Positions 10,640 to 21,885 are shown, numbered from the stretch's first letter. The stretch is 64,000 nucleotides of DNA from an uncultured Clostridia bacterium (GCA_947625825.1 CANQPV010000001.1:30-64029); one strand, 5' to 3'. The notes: a model not told the origin generated them from the letters alone. A program made the numbers and translations.

Positions 10640-10723
10640 AACCTTAAAATTATTCAACATGCACTAAAGCATATAACAACAATTTAAATTTTTAATATAT
10701 TATTTAAGAAAGGAAGTTTTAAA

Positions 10724-11917
10724 ATGAAAATTTTAGTAGTAAATTGTGGAAGTTCATCTATTAAATATCAATTAATAGATATGGAAAATGAGAAAGTAAT
10801 GGCAAAGGGATACCTAGAAAAAATAGGCTTGCCAGATTCTTTTTTAACACACACTGTTAATGGAGAAAAACGTAAAATAGAACAATTAGTTAGAAATCAT
10901 GAAGAAGGAATTCAACTAGTATTAGAGCAATTAACACACCCAGAATATGGTGTTATTAGCTCACTTGATGAAATAGGAGCTGTAGGACACAGAGTAGTAC
11001 ATGGTGGAGAAAAATTTAGTTCTTCTGTATTAATAAATGATGACGTTATTGATGCAATGCGTGAATGTATTCCTTTAGCACCACTTCACAATCCTGCAGG
11101 AATTACAGGAATAGAAGCTTGCAAAAAAGTATTGCCAAATGTTCCAATGGTAGCAGTATTTGATACAGCATTTCATCAAACATTACCTAAAAAAGCATAT
11201 TTATATGCTATTCCTTATGAATATTATGAAAAATATGGAATTAGAAAATATGGTTTCCACGGTACTTCTCATAGATTTGTTGCAAAAAGAGTAACAGAAT
11301 TAATGAATAAAAAACCAGAAGAGTTAAAAATAATTACTTGCCACTTAGGACAGGGTGGAAGCTTAGCAGCAGTAAATGGAGGAAAATCAGTTGATACTTC
11401 TATGGGCCTAACACCACTTGCTGGTATTCCAATGGGTTCAAGAAGTGGAGACATTGATCCATCAATAGTAACATTTTTAATGAAAAATGAAAACTTAACT
11501 CCAGATGAAATGGATAATATATTAAATAAAAAATCTGGAAAATTAGGCATTTCTGGAATAAGCTTTGATGATAGAGATATAGAAAAAGCAGCAGAAGAAG
11601 GAAATGAAAGAGCAAAACTTGCAATAGACACTTTTGTTTATCAAGTAATTGGTTACATTGGAAGATTTGCAGCACAAATGAATGGTGTAGATGTAATTAC
11701 ATTTGCTGGTGGTGTTGGTGAAAATGGAATAGACGTTAGAAAAGAAATTTGTAATTCACTAAGCTACTTAGGTGTAAAAATAGATGAAGAGAAAAATAAT
11801 TGTAGGGGAAAAGAAGTAGAAATTTCTACTCCAGATTCTAAAGTAAAAGTATTTGTTGTTCCAACAAATGAAGAACTTATGATAGCTAGAGATACAATGG
11901 AAATAGTAAATAAATAA
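10724..11917 (+). CDS. ackA: Acetate kinase
   Basis: '[15 protein letters not shown]', 'GHRVVHGG', 'GFHGTSH', 'VHLGNGAS'-like motifs; 397 aa. Confidence 0.92.
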   Translation: MKILVVNCGSSSIKYQLIDMENEKVMAKGYLEKIGLPDSFLTHTVNGEKRKIEQLVRNHEEGIQLVLEQLTHPEYGVISSLDEIGAVGHRVVHGGEKFSSSVLINDDVIDAMRECIPLAPLHNPAGITGIEACKKVLPNVPMVAVFDTAFHQTLPKKAYLYAIPYEYYEKYGIRKYGFHGTSHRFVAKRVTELMNKKPEELKIITCHLGQGGSLAAVNGGKSVDTSMGLTPLAGIPMGSRSGDIDPSIVTFLMKNENLTPDEMDNILNKKSGKLGISGISFDDRDIEKAAEEGNERAKLAIDTFVYQVIGYIGRFAAQMNGVDVITFAGGVGENGIDVRKEICNSLSYLGVKIDEEKNNCRGKEVEISTPDSKVKVFVVPTNEELMIARDTMEIVNK

Positions 11918-11942
11918 AAAAGTGGCTTTGCCACTTTTTTAT
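11918..11942. terminator. Bidirectional Rho-independent terminator between ackA and the integrase
   Basis: AAAAAGTGGC-TTTG-CCACTTTTTT. Confidence 0.75.
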
Positions 11943-11946
11943 TTAT

Positions 11947-12993
11947 TTACATATTCGCTAATGGGTTACTTTCAACAGCATTTCTTACTTGTTCATTTTC
12001 AACATGTGTATAAATTTGAGTTGTAGAAATATTTTGATGTCCTAATAATACTTGCAAAGCCCTAATATCTACATTTCCATATTGGTACATTAAAGTTGCT
12101 GCAGTATGTCTTAATTTATGTGTTGAATATTTATTAATGTCTAATCCTGATTTTGCAAGTTCTCTTTTTACAATTTCTTGTACCATTCTATTACTAATAC
12201 GCTCTTTTCTTTTACTTAAAAATAGGGCATCTCTATCATCTGATTTAACGCCCTCATGAGGTCTAACTTTTAAATATTCATTTATTGCATTTATACATGC
12301 TTTATTTAAATAAATAGTACGTTCTTTGTTGCCTTTACCAATTACAGTCATTTTATTTTCGCTAAAATCAATATTTTTTATATTTATTCCAACTAACTCA
12401 GATAGACGCATTCCACAATTTAAAAATAGGGTAATAATAGCAAAATCTCTTTCTTTAAATTCACCAATTTCGTTTTTTGTAGTTTCTAGAAGCTTTTGGC
12501 TATTTTCTAAAGATAAATATTTAGGAAGTCTTTTTTCCTGTTTTGGTGTTTCTAATCCTATAGTTGGATCTTTATCAAGTATTCTTTCTTTATTTGTTAA
12601 ATATTTAAAAAATACTCTAATGCTTGCAACTTTTCTAGCTCTAGTAGCAGATTTACTATGGTATGTATTTGTTAAATAAAATAAAAATGCATGAATATCA
12701 TCTAATTGTATTTTTTTAATAGTATCAATAGACATATTTTTTATATTAATATCTTTTATATTTTCTTCATTAGATAGCCCAAAATGATGCATTATAAACT
12801 TTAAAAAATGATTTAAGTCATAGTTATATTCTTTTACAGTATTTTCAGACTTATTTAAAATAGTAGCAATATATTGCAAAAAAGCATTTAAAAAATCAGG
12901 ATTACTTGCAGTATCTATCATAACAAAATCTATTCCCTTCTTATTATGATTAAAAACTATGTTTATAAAGATAAAACATAATTTTTTAAACAT
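11947..12993 (-). CDS. Tyrosine-type site-specific integrase/recombinase (phage-integrase family)
   Basis: '..HKLRHTAATLMYQYG.D....LLGHQNISTTQIYTHV' catalytic R-H-R-Y box; likely start at the MIDTAS methionine. Confidence 0.8.
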   Translation of the reverse strand: MFKKLCFIFINIVFNHNKKGIDFVMIDTASNPDFLNAFLQYIATILNKSENTVKEYNYDLNHFLKFIMHHFGLSNEENIKDINIKNMSIDTIKKIQLDDIHAFLFYLTNTYHSKSATRARKVASIRVFFKYLTNKERILDKDPTIGLETPKQEKRLPKYLSLENSQKLLETTKNEIGEFKERDFAIITLFLNCGMRLSELVGINIKNIDFSENKMTVIGKGNKERTIYLNKACINAINEYLKVRPHEGVKSDDRDALFLSKRKERISNRMVQEIVKRELAKSGLDINKYSTHKLRHTAATLMYQYGNVDIRALQVLLGHQNISTTQIYTHVENEQVRNAVESNPLANM

Positions 12994-13229
12994 AATAAAT
13001 TTATTTTTAATTTGACATTATAATATCACTAACCAAAAATAAAAACAATGAATAGTAAAAATTTTATATAAATAAATATAGTTTGAATTATAAATAACAG
13101 TATGTTTTACTATTGGTAAACGTCATCTATTTGACATAATATTTAGAACATGTTATAATTTTTATATAAATGCTAATATGGCATTTACATTAAGCACATT
13201 GAAATTTTAAATGAAAGAGGTTACAAACA

Positions 13230-14455
13230 ATGAAAAAAACATTAGCACTCATTCTCAGCCTTGTCTTGCTTTTACTCACCACTTCGTGTGGTGGCCGGCA
13301 GGATGTAGCAAATCCTGACAGTAGCACTAATATAAATGCTAATGCCACCGACAAAAATCATCCCGAGCATGATACCAAGCCTAGTAACACCGAAACAAAT
13401 CTTCCTGAGTCACAGAAAGATAACGAAAGCAAAAATGATAGCTCAGAAATTTTGCCCGAAAACACTTCTAACAAGGAAACTCAGGATGAGACCCAAAAAG
13501 ACGCAAATTCCACTACAAGCAATGGATTAGCTTTGTCTGAAAATAAAAAGGAGGAAAGCGAGAAAAGCACTATTGAAGAAATCATTGAAAATACTCCTAT
13601 TCCACTCACTGATATCGAAATTGATATGATAAAATCGATGAAAAATGATACAGCTTCTTTTGCAAGGTATGGAGTAAAATATGCAGATTCTAGCATACCT
13701 GCTGGAGGAAATGGAACATCGTTCCATTCCTTTGGTAACAAGAGTGATGCTCATTTCAAGGCACCGGATAATCCAGTGGTGGATATAAAAACTGATGATC
13801 CCATTGAAATTGCCAAAATTTATGTAGAATTACATGATAATTGGAAATGGAGCGGTGCACCAACTTATTACAATGGTCATAGTGTTAGCATATTACTCAT
13901 GGAGAAGTTAAAATTGATGATGTTCCTACAGGAATAAAGAGCAATGAGCGTATTTTATACGATAAAGCAAAAGATGCATACTTTAGCGGTAAATGGGATG
14001 GCAAACTGGCTATATTAAATTCTCATTACATTGAATTGGATAGCTTAGGCTACATTATAATAGATGGATGGCTAAGCGAATTCCAGGATTGTCTCGATAT
14101 GCCTAAAGGCGAGTATTTAAACGCAAATATTGCTTTCTACATTACTATTCCGCCGTATGGTACCTTTACAATTGAAGGCAAAAAACTTGTTAGATACCTA
14201 AGAGGAGAAAGAACCGAAATTTCCCAAAAAGCTTTAGATTGGGAGGGTTTTGACTTTAACTTAGAAGAATTTCGCAAGCTTACATATGGCACGGATTGTG
14301 AAACTTATGCGTACTACGCAAGTAAGTGGCCAGTACTGAAGTATGATGAGGAAAATGATGTGCTATACCTTACAACATTTGATGCTGATGGAAAAGCATA
14401 TCGCTATGTTTTCACTAACTACAGAGAGGAAGGAATAATTGTTAAAATAAATTAA
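13230..14455 (+). pseudogene. Lipoprotein gene (GC-rich, foreign-like) broken by a frameshift near 13880-13895; the 13230-13937 and 14036-14455 ORFs are parts of one reading frame
   Basis: Signal peptide with lipobox 'LLTTSCGG'; the +1 frame upstream of the 14036 ORF reads through as '..HITHGEVKIDDVPTGIKSNERILYDKAKDAYFSGKWDGKLAILNSHYIELDSLGY..', continuous with the 139-aa ORF; about 40% GC against about 28% background. Confidence 0.5.
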
Positions 14456-14475
14456 AAGTAACCTTTCTATTTGTG

Positions 14476-14512
14476 CAAAAAACCGTGTGGATATTTCCAC
14501 ACGGTTTTTTTA
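14476..14512 (+). terminator. Rho-independent terminator
   Basis: CCGTGTGGA-TATT-TCCACACGG followed by a T7 run. Confidence 0.75.
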
Positions 14513-14715
14513 GTATATAATTCTCTATTTTTTGACCTGAACATATAGGGAAAAGTTACCCTGTATAAGAGTATGGATGTACAGTTTGCAAAGCAAATCT
14601 GTATATATAAAAATTGAAAAGATTATAAAAATCTGCTATAATGAAAGTGTGGAGGTGTTTAAATTGAAAAAATCAGAAATAAAAAATATATTATTTTCAA
14701 TGAGAACTGCCGAAA

Positions 14716-15840
14716 ATGAAGAAAGGGGAAAGGCAATATAAAATGGCAAATATTATTGATTATGTTAAATGGAGAGGAGATCTTAGCATAACTGAATCAG
14801 AATTTAATGAAATAGATAGTTTGATATTAAATAGATTTTCATATTTTCCATTAGACAGCCTAATAAAAGAAAAAGAAATAGTAACAATTAAAGAATTAGG
14901 CAAAAGATTTGAAAAAGAAAGTAAAGAAAACTTAAAAATATTGTGGAAAGATGATGCAGAGCTTTTTCCAGAAATCGGAAGAAGCAAAAGATTTGGTGAA
15001 ATGATAGCTGTAGAAAATATAACTAAAACAGAAAAGAAACTAGAAGAACAATTCTCTGCAGTTACAATAATTTTGCCAGATGATACCATTTATGTATCTT
15101 TTAGAGGAACCGATAATACATTAATTGGATGGAAAGAAGATTTTAATATGAGTTTCAAAAGCCATCTTAAATCACAGATAGATGCAAAAGATTATTTAAA
15201 CAATATTGCAACAAAATATCCAAACAAGAAAATAAGAGTAGGAGGACATTCAAAAGGTGGAAATTTGGCAGTATATGCTTCTATATTTGCAAATTCTGAA
15301 GTTAAAAGCAGAATTATAAATGTATATAATAATGATGGCCCTGGATTTAATGAAGATATAACAAGCACAGAAGAATACAAAAATGCAATCAAAAAAGTTA
15401 TAACATATATACCACAAGATTCAATATTTGGAATGTTATTAAATCATGAAGAAAAATTTATTATAGTACAAAGTATACAAAAAGGTGTAATGGAACATGA
15501 TGTATATTCTTGGCAAGTAATTGGAAAAAATTTTATAATATTGAAAGAAGTAACAAATGGAAGCAAATTTATAGATAAAACAATAAAAAATTGGCTAAAT
15601 AATTTGGATCTACATACAAGAGAGCAAGTAATTGATATTGTTTTTGAAATAATTAATTCAACAAATGCTGATACTTTGAAAGATTTAAAGCTTTCATTAA
15701 TGAAAAATGCAAGAACAATACTATCAGCATATAGTCGCATAGGAAGTGAAGATAAGAAGATGATAATGACTACAATAACTGCTTTTCTTGCAATATTAAA
15801 GGAAAATGTTAAAGAAGAATATAATAATAGTAAAGTGTAA
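14716..15840 (+). CDS. DUF2974 / Mbeg1-like alpha/beta hydrolase (lipase-like serine hydrolase)
   Basis: Nucleophile elbow 'VGGHSKGGNLAVYA', preceded by 'YVSFRGTD' (lipase class-3-like). Confidence 0.55.
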   Translation: MKKGERQYKMANIIDYVKWRGDLSITESEFNEIDSLILNRFSYFPLDSLIKEKEIVTIKELGKRFEKESKENLKILWKDDAELFPEIGRSKRFGEMIAVENITKTEKKLEEQFSAVTIILPDDTIYVSFRGTDNTLIGWKEDFNMSFKSHLKSQIDAKDYLNNIATKYPNKKIRVGGHSKGGNLAVYASIFANSEVKSRIINVYNNDGPGFNEDITSTEEYKNAIKKVITYIPQDSIFGMLLNHEEKFIIVQSIQKGVMEHDVYSWQVIGKNFIILKEVTNGSKFIDKTIKNWLNNLDLHTREQVIDIVFEIINSTNADTLKDLKLSLMKNARTILSAYSRIGSEDKKMIMTTITAFLAILKENVKEEYNNSKV

Positions 15841-15937
15841 TATAGGGTATTGCTTGCAGCAACAAATAAATGAAATATGTAGAATAGAATTTTAATTTAT
15901 GATAATATAAATACAAAAATTATAGGAGGTATATTTT

Positions 15938-16951
15938 ATGAAGATACACTATTTTCAAAGATATCATACAAAAGAAAATGTAGCTACAGCAAATACTATG
16001 TTACTTTTATCACGTTTATATTCATATTCATCAGAAAAGTTTTTTGGTTTTTTAAAGTCAGAATTTTTTTATGATTCCTTTGATCCAGAAATTGTATTTA
16101 CACTCCAAGAAAAAAGTGTAAATAGCATTCCAGATGCAACAATTGTACAAAAAGGGTTTAAGATTGTTGTTGAAACCAAAATGAGTGATTGGTTTTATTC
16201 AGAACAGCTAATTAAACATTTAAATTCATTTGGTGATGAAAAATATAAAGTTATAATTACTTTAGCCCCGGAACTTATGAATGAGAAGGAGAAAGCTATC
16301 TTTGAAGAACAGTTGAAAAAATATAATTTAATGCAAAATTATCCAGTAATACATATTAATACTACATTTGAGAGATTGGCAAATGCTATTCAAGATGTAA
16401 TTGATGACCGAGATTATGAAATTCAAGAAGTATTAGATGATTATCTTAACTATTGCTATACGGATGGGCTTATTACTGTTTCAGATTCGTGGAAGTATAT
16501 GCGTATGCAACTTGCAGGAGCTACTATTAATTTCAATATGGATAATGATATTTATTATGAAAATGCAGAACATAAATTTCGTGCTCATGATTATTTAGGA
16601 TTATATACTAGGAAAAGTGTACGTGCTATTGGTAAAATTTGTGCTAGAATTACAGCAGTAAAAACGAAAGATGGTATGCAGTATAACGCTGAGTTTGGAG
16701 AAATTACAGAAGAAAGAAAAGATAAAATAAAAAAAGCTATAGATGATGGAAAATTATATGGATATGATTTGAGCAATAGTTTACATAGATACTTTTTTGT
16801 TGAGAAATTCTATGAAACAGATTTTAGGAAAATTACACCAAAACCTCCAATGGGGACACGTATTTTTGACTTATCACAAGTTTTAGATTTAAATGAAATT
16901 CCAAATACGGACCAAATAGCAGAACTATTGAAAGAAAAAACATGGAATTAG
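15938..16951 (+). CDS. Hypothetical protein with a PD-(D/E)xK-like N-terminal motif (putative nuclease)
   Basis: 'IPDATIVQKGFKIVVETKMSD' gives a PD...E-x-K spacing typical of restriction-endonuclease-like folds; no other recognisable domain. Confidence 0.35.
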   Translation: MKIHYFQRYHTKENVATANTMLLLSRLYSYSSEKFFGFLKSEFFYDSFDPEIVFTLQEKSVNSIPDATIVQKGFKIVVETKMSDWFYSEQLIKHLNSFGDEKYKVIITLAPELMNEKEKAIFEEQLKKYNLMQNYPVIHINTTFERLANAIQDVIDDRDYEIQEVLDDYLNYCYTDGLITVSDSWKYMRMQLAGATINFNMDNDIYYENAEHKFRAHDYLGLYTRKSVRAIGKICARITAVKTKDGMQYNAEFGEITEERKDKIKKAIDDGKLYGYDLSNSLHRYFFVEKFYETDFRKITPKPPMGTRIFDLSQVLDLNEIPNTDQIAELLKEKTWN

Positions 16952-17756
16952 AAAGTATGCTAATAACAAATTGATATAAGTCAATAAATGTAAATTTTTT
17001 AATATTTTATGAGAATAGAATTAAAAAACAAAAAATGCTAAAAAAGGAGAGAGTGGGCAGTTTTAAAAGATCTTTATTAAAAAATAAATAAGATTTTAAA
17101 ACTCAATTTTGAGATTTTATAAAAATTTTTAATTAATACTTTAATAATTTAAAATTTATAAAAAATTTTAAAACCGAACATTTGTTATAATTGGAATTTT
17201 TATAAGTTCTAATATAATTTTTGCAAATATTTTATAAAATTTTAAAATAAATTTCTATTTATAACATTATAAAATAATTTCATTTTATAAAGCTTTAAAA
17301 TCGATTTTAAGGCGCTTTTATTTTTAAGACATATAATTTGTTGGCTATAAATTTAAGCAAAATGCTGAAATATACGGATTTCATAAATTTTACTAAAAAT
17401 AATATAATATCATTCAAAATTTTATATAATTAATTAATAAATTATAAAATTATAATAAATAATCAGAAAACTTAAAAATATTGACGCGTGAGAATCAATT
17501 CTAAGAGGTTTTTATAAAAAAGACATATAAGTTTGTCTAAAAAAAACTGTAAATAGCTAATATTAGGCAATTATAAGAAATTAAAGAAAAGGACCATATA
17601 ACAATGGCCCTACTTAATTTACCTCTACTCAATTGTACAAAACTTTCATTTTGCGCAATTGAATATAAATATTTTTCTTTTATTCTACCGCCTATCTTTT
17701 ATTTTTATTCTATCTCTTAATATTTATTTTTTAATATATAATAATAAAATTTATTT
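16952..17756. repeat. 800-bp extremely AT-rich non-coding region with iteron-like reiterations (TTTTATAAAA / AAATTTTAAAA units; two copies of AAGACATATAA-TTTGT)
   Basis: No ORFs, over 85% AT, degenerate periodic motifs; sits between the island cargo and hicAB. Confidence 0.3.
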
Positions 17757-17999
17757 TTAATTTTGAATAAACTTAATAAACTCATCAATGTTAATATCTA
17801 ATTGTTTTAATATTTCAGAAAACATTCCTGGATATAGTATATCACTATTATGTATAGCAATTACACTAATTTTATTATTTCTATTATTTTTTATTTTATG
17901 GTGGGATCCATTTATAGATATTTCAGTACAGTCATATTTTAATAGATATTTAAAAAAGTCTTTCGCTTTTATTCTTGGTATTTTAGGCATATGATACAT
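17757..17999 (-). CDS. hicA: HicA-family mRNA interferase toxin
   Basis: 'KAKDFFKYLLKYDC..INGSHHKI' HicA signature (GSHH); about 60-80 aa. Confidence 0.6.
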   Translation of the reverse strand: MYHMPKIPRIKAKDFFKYLLKYDCTEISINGSHHKIKNNRNNKISVIAIHNSDILYPGMFSEILKQLDINIDEFIKFIQN

Positions 18000-18252
18000 C
18001 CAATTTTATATCTTTAGCTTCTTTTTCAGCTATTTCTTCATTATTATTATAATACATATAAATAGATTTAGTCATTAACTTTTTTAATTCTTCTATTGTT
18101 TTTGCTTGTGCAAAGCAACCTTCTATTTCCTTACATTCTCCCCAAAAACCATCTTCTTCTACATGAACAATAATAGTATAAGTTTTTTTCATTTTTTTTA
18201 CACCTCTTATACTATTATATATTGAATTAATAAACTTATACATTATTACCAC
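17983..18252 (-). CDS. hicB: HicB-family antitoxin (UPF0150)
   Basis: 'YTIIVHVEEDGFWGECKEIEGCFAQAKTIEE' HicB/UPF0150 N-terminal fold; overlaps hicA. Confidence 0.55.
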   Translation of the reverse strand: MVIMYKFINSIYNSIRGVKKMKKTYTIIVHVEEDGFWGECKEIEGCFAQAKTIEELKKLMTKSIYMYYNNNEEIAEKEAKDIKLDVSYA

Positions 18253-18293
18253 CTCTTACATAGTACTTTCAATTTTTTGTAGACAACTTATTA

Positions 18294-19700
18294 TTATTTC
18301 ACATTTTTTAAGAAATATGACATTTTTTCTAAAAAGTCTGAATTTGTTTTTGTTTGCATCATTTGAGTAATTAATTCTTCGGTAACATCTGATACAGACA
18401 TTGTAGACATTGCTTTTCTTAATGCAAATACAGTTTCTAATTCTTTTGGATCTAATAAAAGCTCTTCCCTTCTAGTTCCAGATTTATTAATATCAATTGC
18501 TGGGAAAATTCTCTTTTCTGATAATTTTCTATCTAGGTGAACTTCCATATTGCCTGTTCCTTTGAATTCTTCAAATATAACATCATCCATTCTACTACCT
18601 GTTTCAATTAATGCAGTAGCAAGAATAGTTAAACTTCCGCCGTTTTCTATGTTTCTAGCTGCACCAAAGAATTTTTTAGGTTTATGAAGTGCACTTGGAT
18701 CTAAACCACCTGATAAAGTTCTTCCAGATGATGGTATTACTAAGTTATACGCTCTAGCTAAACGTGTAATGCTATCTAATAAAATAACTACATCTTTATT
18801 TTGTTCTGTTAATCTTTTTGCTCTTTCTAGTACCATTTCTGCTACCTTTACATGATGCTCTGGAAGTTCATCAAATGTAGAGTATATAACGTCTCCCTTT
18901 ATACTTCTTCTCATATCTGTAACTTCTTCAGGACGCTCATCTATTAATAAAACAATTAATTCTATTTCTGGATTATTAGTTGTAATACTATTTGCTATTT
19001 TCTTTAATAATGTTGTTTTACCAACTTTTGGTGGTGCAACAATCATTCCTCTTTGCCCTTTTCCAATTGGTGACATTAAGTCAATAATTCTCATTGCATA
19101 TTCATTTGGAATTGTTTCTAAACGAATTCTTTCATTTGGGTAAATTGGAACTAAATCATCGAATTTCTTTCTTCTATATGCTTTTTCAGGTGCCTCACCA
19201 TTTACTTCTCCAACATAAATTAATGCTGGGAATTTTTCTCCTTCTTTTGGAAGTCTTGAAATACCTTTAATTTTATCTCCTTTATCTAGTTTAAATCTTC
19301 TAATTTGTACTGGAGAAATATATACATCTTTTGGTGTTGATAAATAGTTTTCTCCTCTTAAGAAACCATAACCATCTGGAAGTACTTCCAAAATTCCTTC
19401 TATAATTTGGTCATCTGCATTTGTTATTTTATAAGTTCCTCCTGGTTCTCTAACTTCATTACCATTAGTACTTTCAGAAGAACCTAGTGTTTCAAAGTCT
19501 TCTTCATATGCCTCTTCTTTTTCTTTACTAATATTTTCCATATCAGCTTGGCCATCGCTAATAGCTTGTCCTTCTTTATTACTTAAAATTTTTGAAAGTT
19601 CTTCAATAAGTTCTTCTTTTTTTAGTTTTGAACTGTTTTTTATACCTTCTTCTTTTGCCATTTGACGTAACTCAACTAGAGTATGATTTTCTAAATTCAT
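18294..19700 (-). CDS. rho: Transcription termination factor Rho
   Basis: N-terminal '[13 protein letters not shown]', RNA-binding 'GVLE..DGYGFLR', Walker A '[12 protein letters not shown]', Q/R loops; 468 aa. Confidence 0.92.
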   Translation of the reverse strand: MNLENHTLVELRQMAKEEGIKNSSKLKKEELIEELSKILSNKEGQAISDGQADMENISKEKEEAYEEDFETLGSSESTNGNEVREPGGTYKITNADDQIIEGILEVLPDGYGFLRGENYLSTPKDVYISPVQIRRFKLDKGDKIKGISRLPKEGEKFPALIYVGEVNGEAPEKAYRRKKFDDLVPIYPNERIRLETIPNEYAMRIIDLMSPIGKGQRGMIVAPPKVGKTTLLKKIANSITTNNPEIELIVLLIDERPEEVTDMRRSIKGDVIYSTFDELPEHHVKVAEMVLERAKRLTEQNKDVVILLDSITRLARAYNLVIPSSGRTLSGGLDPSALHKPKKFFGAARNIENGGSLTILATALIETGSRMDDVIFEEFKGTGNMEVHLDRKLSEKRIFPAIDINKSGTRREELLLDPKELETVFALRKAMSTMSVSDVTEELITQMMQTKTNSDFLEKMSYFLKNVK

Positions 19701-19844
19701 ATTGTTCCCCCTATATTTTTTATATTTTATAATTTTAAATTTTGGAATTTATTAAGATGATTAAAAATAATAATTTGAAAATTATAATTAAAAATACTAT
19801 TGAATAGTGTGGAGGATGTGTTTCCCCCAACACTATATATGTAA

Positions 19845-20126
19845 CTATTTATTAATGTCTATGTATACCTTTTCATTAGGTAAATACATATTTAGTTTAT
19901 CTCTTGCTATTTCTTCTATATAATCTTTTGAATTAATATTAGCTTTAGTTTGATTTAATTCTTCTTTTTTTTCTTCTTCTTGTGCAATTTGTTCTAAATA
20001 ACGTTTTGCATCTGCATTATACATATTTAAAGATTTTTGTTGAGATAAAAAAGTATATACAACATAAATAGCAATTACTACTAATAAAAGTCTTTTTAAT
20101 ATAAATTTAATGTTTTGATTTTTCAT
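19845..20126 (-). CDS. divIC: Septum formation initiator (DivIC/FtsB family)
   Basis: Single TM helix plus coiled coil; about 93 aa; positioned after yabP-yabQ as in Bacillus. Confidence 0.55.
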   Translation of the reverse strand: MKNQNIKFILKRLLLVVIAIYVVYTFLSQQKSLNMYNADAKRYLEQIAQEEEKKEELNQTKANINSKDYIEEIARDKLNMYLPNEKVYIDINK

Positions 20127-20224
20127 ACGTAACTTATTTCCTTATCTTTTTTTGAATACTTATAAATTATAACATATTATATTTATATTTTCTACATTTT
20201 TTGTAAAAAACCTTCTTTTTTCCT

Positions 20225-20698
20225 TTAAATTTCTTGTTTTTTGATTATTTTTTTATTATCTTTTGTCATATTTTGTAAATTTTTGTTGTTTAATGTCTTA
20301 AGTTTATTAAAAATTTTTTTAAACGGATTTAATATAAATTTTTTTAAAATATTAACTATAATATGAATTGGATAGGATATAATTCTTTTTAATAACTGAA
20401 TTATACGAACAGAATATTTTACAATAATTCTGCTAATTGTTAAAATATATATTAAAAATCCAAAAAAGATCCCTAAAATTATATAACTTCTTATTTCTCC
20501 ATTATTAAATTTGAAAATAGAAAATAGAATAATTATTCCTGCTAAAATCCAAAATATAATATCTTGAATATAAGTAATCCAATCTGCTGTTTTAAAGCTT
20601 TTTCTTAAAATTCTAAAACAATCAAATAAAAAACCAATTACAATACCTACTAATATAAAAATACCTAAACAAAATAATTGCCTATAAACCTCGTTCAC
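20225..20698 (-). CDS. yabQ: Spore cortex biosynthesis membrane protein YabQ
   Basis: Small polytopic membrane protein directly downstream of yabP. Confidence 0.5.
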   Translation of the reverse strand: MNEVYRQLFCLGIFILVGIVIGFLFDCFRILRKSFKTADWITYIQDIIFWILAGIIILFSIFKFNNGEIRSYIILGIFFGFLIYILTISRIIVKYSVRIIQLLKRIISYPIHIIVNILKKFILNPFKKIFNKLKTLNNKNLQNMTKDNKKIIKKQEI

Positions 20699-20706
20699 AT
20701 TATCAC

Positions 20707-21009
20707 CTACTTAAATATTTTGTTTAAAAATCCCCCACTTTTTTCTATTGTATCTTTTTCACTATAAGAAAGCTGTGAAATTTCTCCTTCTAAAGTAACT
20801 TCTGAAGTATCCAAGCTTAATTTATTTATTCTAATATTTTCTCCCTTTACAGTTAAAAGACCAAGCTCTGTTTCCAAAATAACAATTTGGTCATCAAAAC
20901 TTAAAACATCTAATACACCTGTTACATTTAATTTTTCTCTATTTTCTAAAACAATATTTTGAATAACATTTGTCATATTTGTCATTGATTTTCTTTCGTC
21001 AATTGGCAT
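20707..21009 (-). CDS. yabP: Sporulation protein YabP
   Basis: 'VIQNIVLENREKLNVTGVLDVLSFDDQIVILET..GLLTVKGENIRI' YabP family. Confidence 0.65.
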   Translation of the reverse strand: MPIDERKSMTNMTNVIQNIVLENREKLNVTGVLDVLSFDDQIVILETELGLLTVKGENIRINKLSLDTSEVTLEGEISQLSYSEKDTIEKSGGFLNKIFK

Positions 21010-21150
21010 TTAAAAATCACTCCTTTATACAATGAATTAATCTAGTCTATTTATATATATTCAGGTCTTGTCTACTTTAGAACTTTAATAATCTTATAAA
21101 ACAAAAAAAATATAGAATATTATTCTATATTTTTTCAAAATAGCAATTTA

Positions 21151-21885
21151 TTATTTAACAATGCTTCCATTTTCTTTTGATATAGGAGAATTTACTATTA
21201 TTTTTATTCCATATTTACGAGCTATTTTTATGCATCTATCGTGAAGTACTTTTGCACCTTTTTGAGCTAGTTGTTCCATTTCATTATATGAAATTTCATT
21301 TAATTTTCTAGCACATTTATACTTGTGTGGATCTTTATCATAAATTCCATTTGTGTCAGTATAAATATAGCATTCTTTTTGTTCTAATGCTGCTGCTATT
21401 GCAAGAGCTGTTGTATCTGAGCCATCTCTTCCTAAAGTAGTTATATTCTGCTTATTATCAATTCCTTGGTATCCTGCTATTACAACTATTTTATTTGTTT
21501 CTAATTCTTCTAATATAGTATTAGTATAAACATCTTCTATTTTAGCCTGTGTATAATTTGAATCTGTAAAAATTCCGGTTTGCCATCCTGTAAGAGATAC
21601 TACACTATACCCCATTTCATTTAATAATATTGCAAACTTAGAACAAGAAATTTGTTCACCAGTAGATAATAACATATCTAATTCTCTTTTGTTTGGTTCT
21701 AGGCTTAATTCTTTTGCTTGTTTTAATAATTCATCTGTTGTTTTGCCCTGTGCTGATACAATTACAACTACCCTATCGTTTTCTTCTAAAAAAGAAATAG
21801 TTTTTTTAGCTGCGATTTTTAGCTTTTCATTATCAGCTAAACATGTTCCTCCAAATTTAATAACAACTAATTTCATAAGAATCAC
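21151..21885 (-). CDS. Amino-acid kinase family protein (aspartokinase-like catalytic domain without ACT domains)
   Basis: 'VVIKFGGTCLADNE..' and 'GRDGSDTTALAIAAAL' match aspartokinase N-terminal and nucleotide-binding motifs; only 244 aa. Confidence 0.5.
   Translation of the reverse strand: MILMKLVVIKFGGTCLADNEKLKIAAKKTISFLEENDRVVVIVSAQGKTTDELLKQAKELSLEPNKRELDMLLSTGEQISCSKFAILLNEMGYSVVSLTGWQTGIFTDSNYTQAKIEDVYTNTILEELETNKIVVIAGYQGIDNKQNITTLGRDGSDTTALAIAAALEQKECYIYTDTNGIYDKDPHKYKCARKLNEISYNEMEQLAQKGAKVLHDRCIKIARKYGIKIIVNSPISKENGSIVK

Noticed and set aside
16952-17756. Possible CRISPR array in the AT-rich repeat-containing region
   Set aside because: The repeats are degenerate, of irregular length and spacing, and AT-only. 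There are no regular direct repeats with unique spacers and no cas genes.
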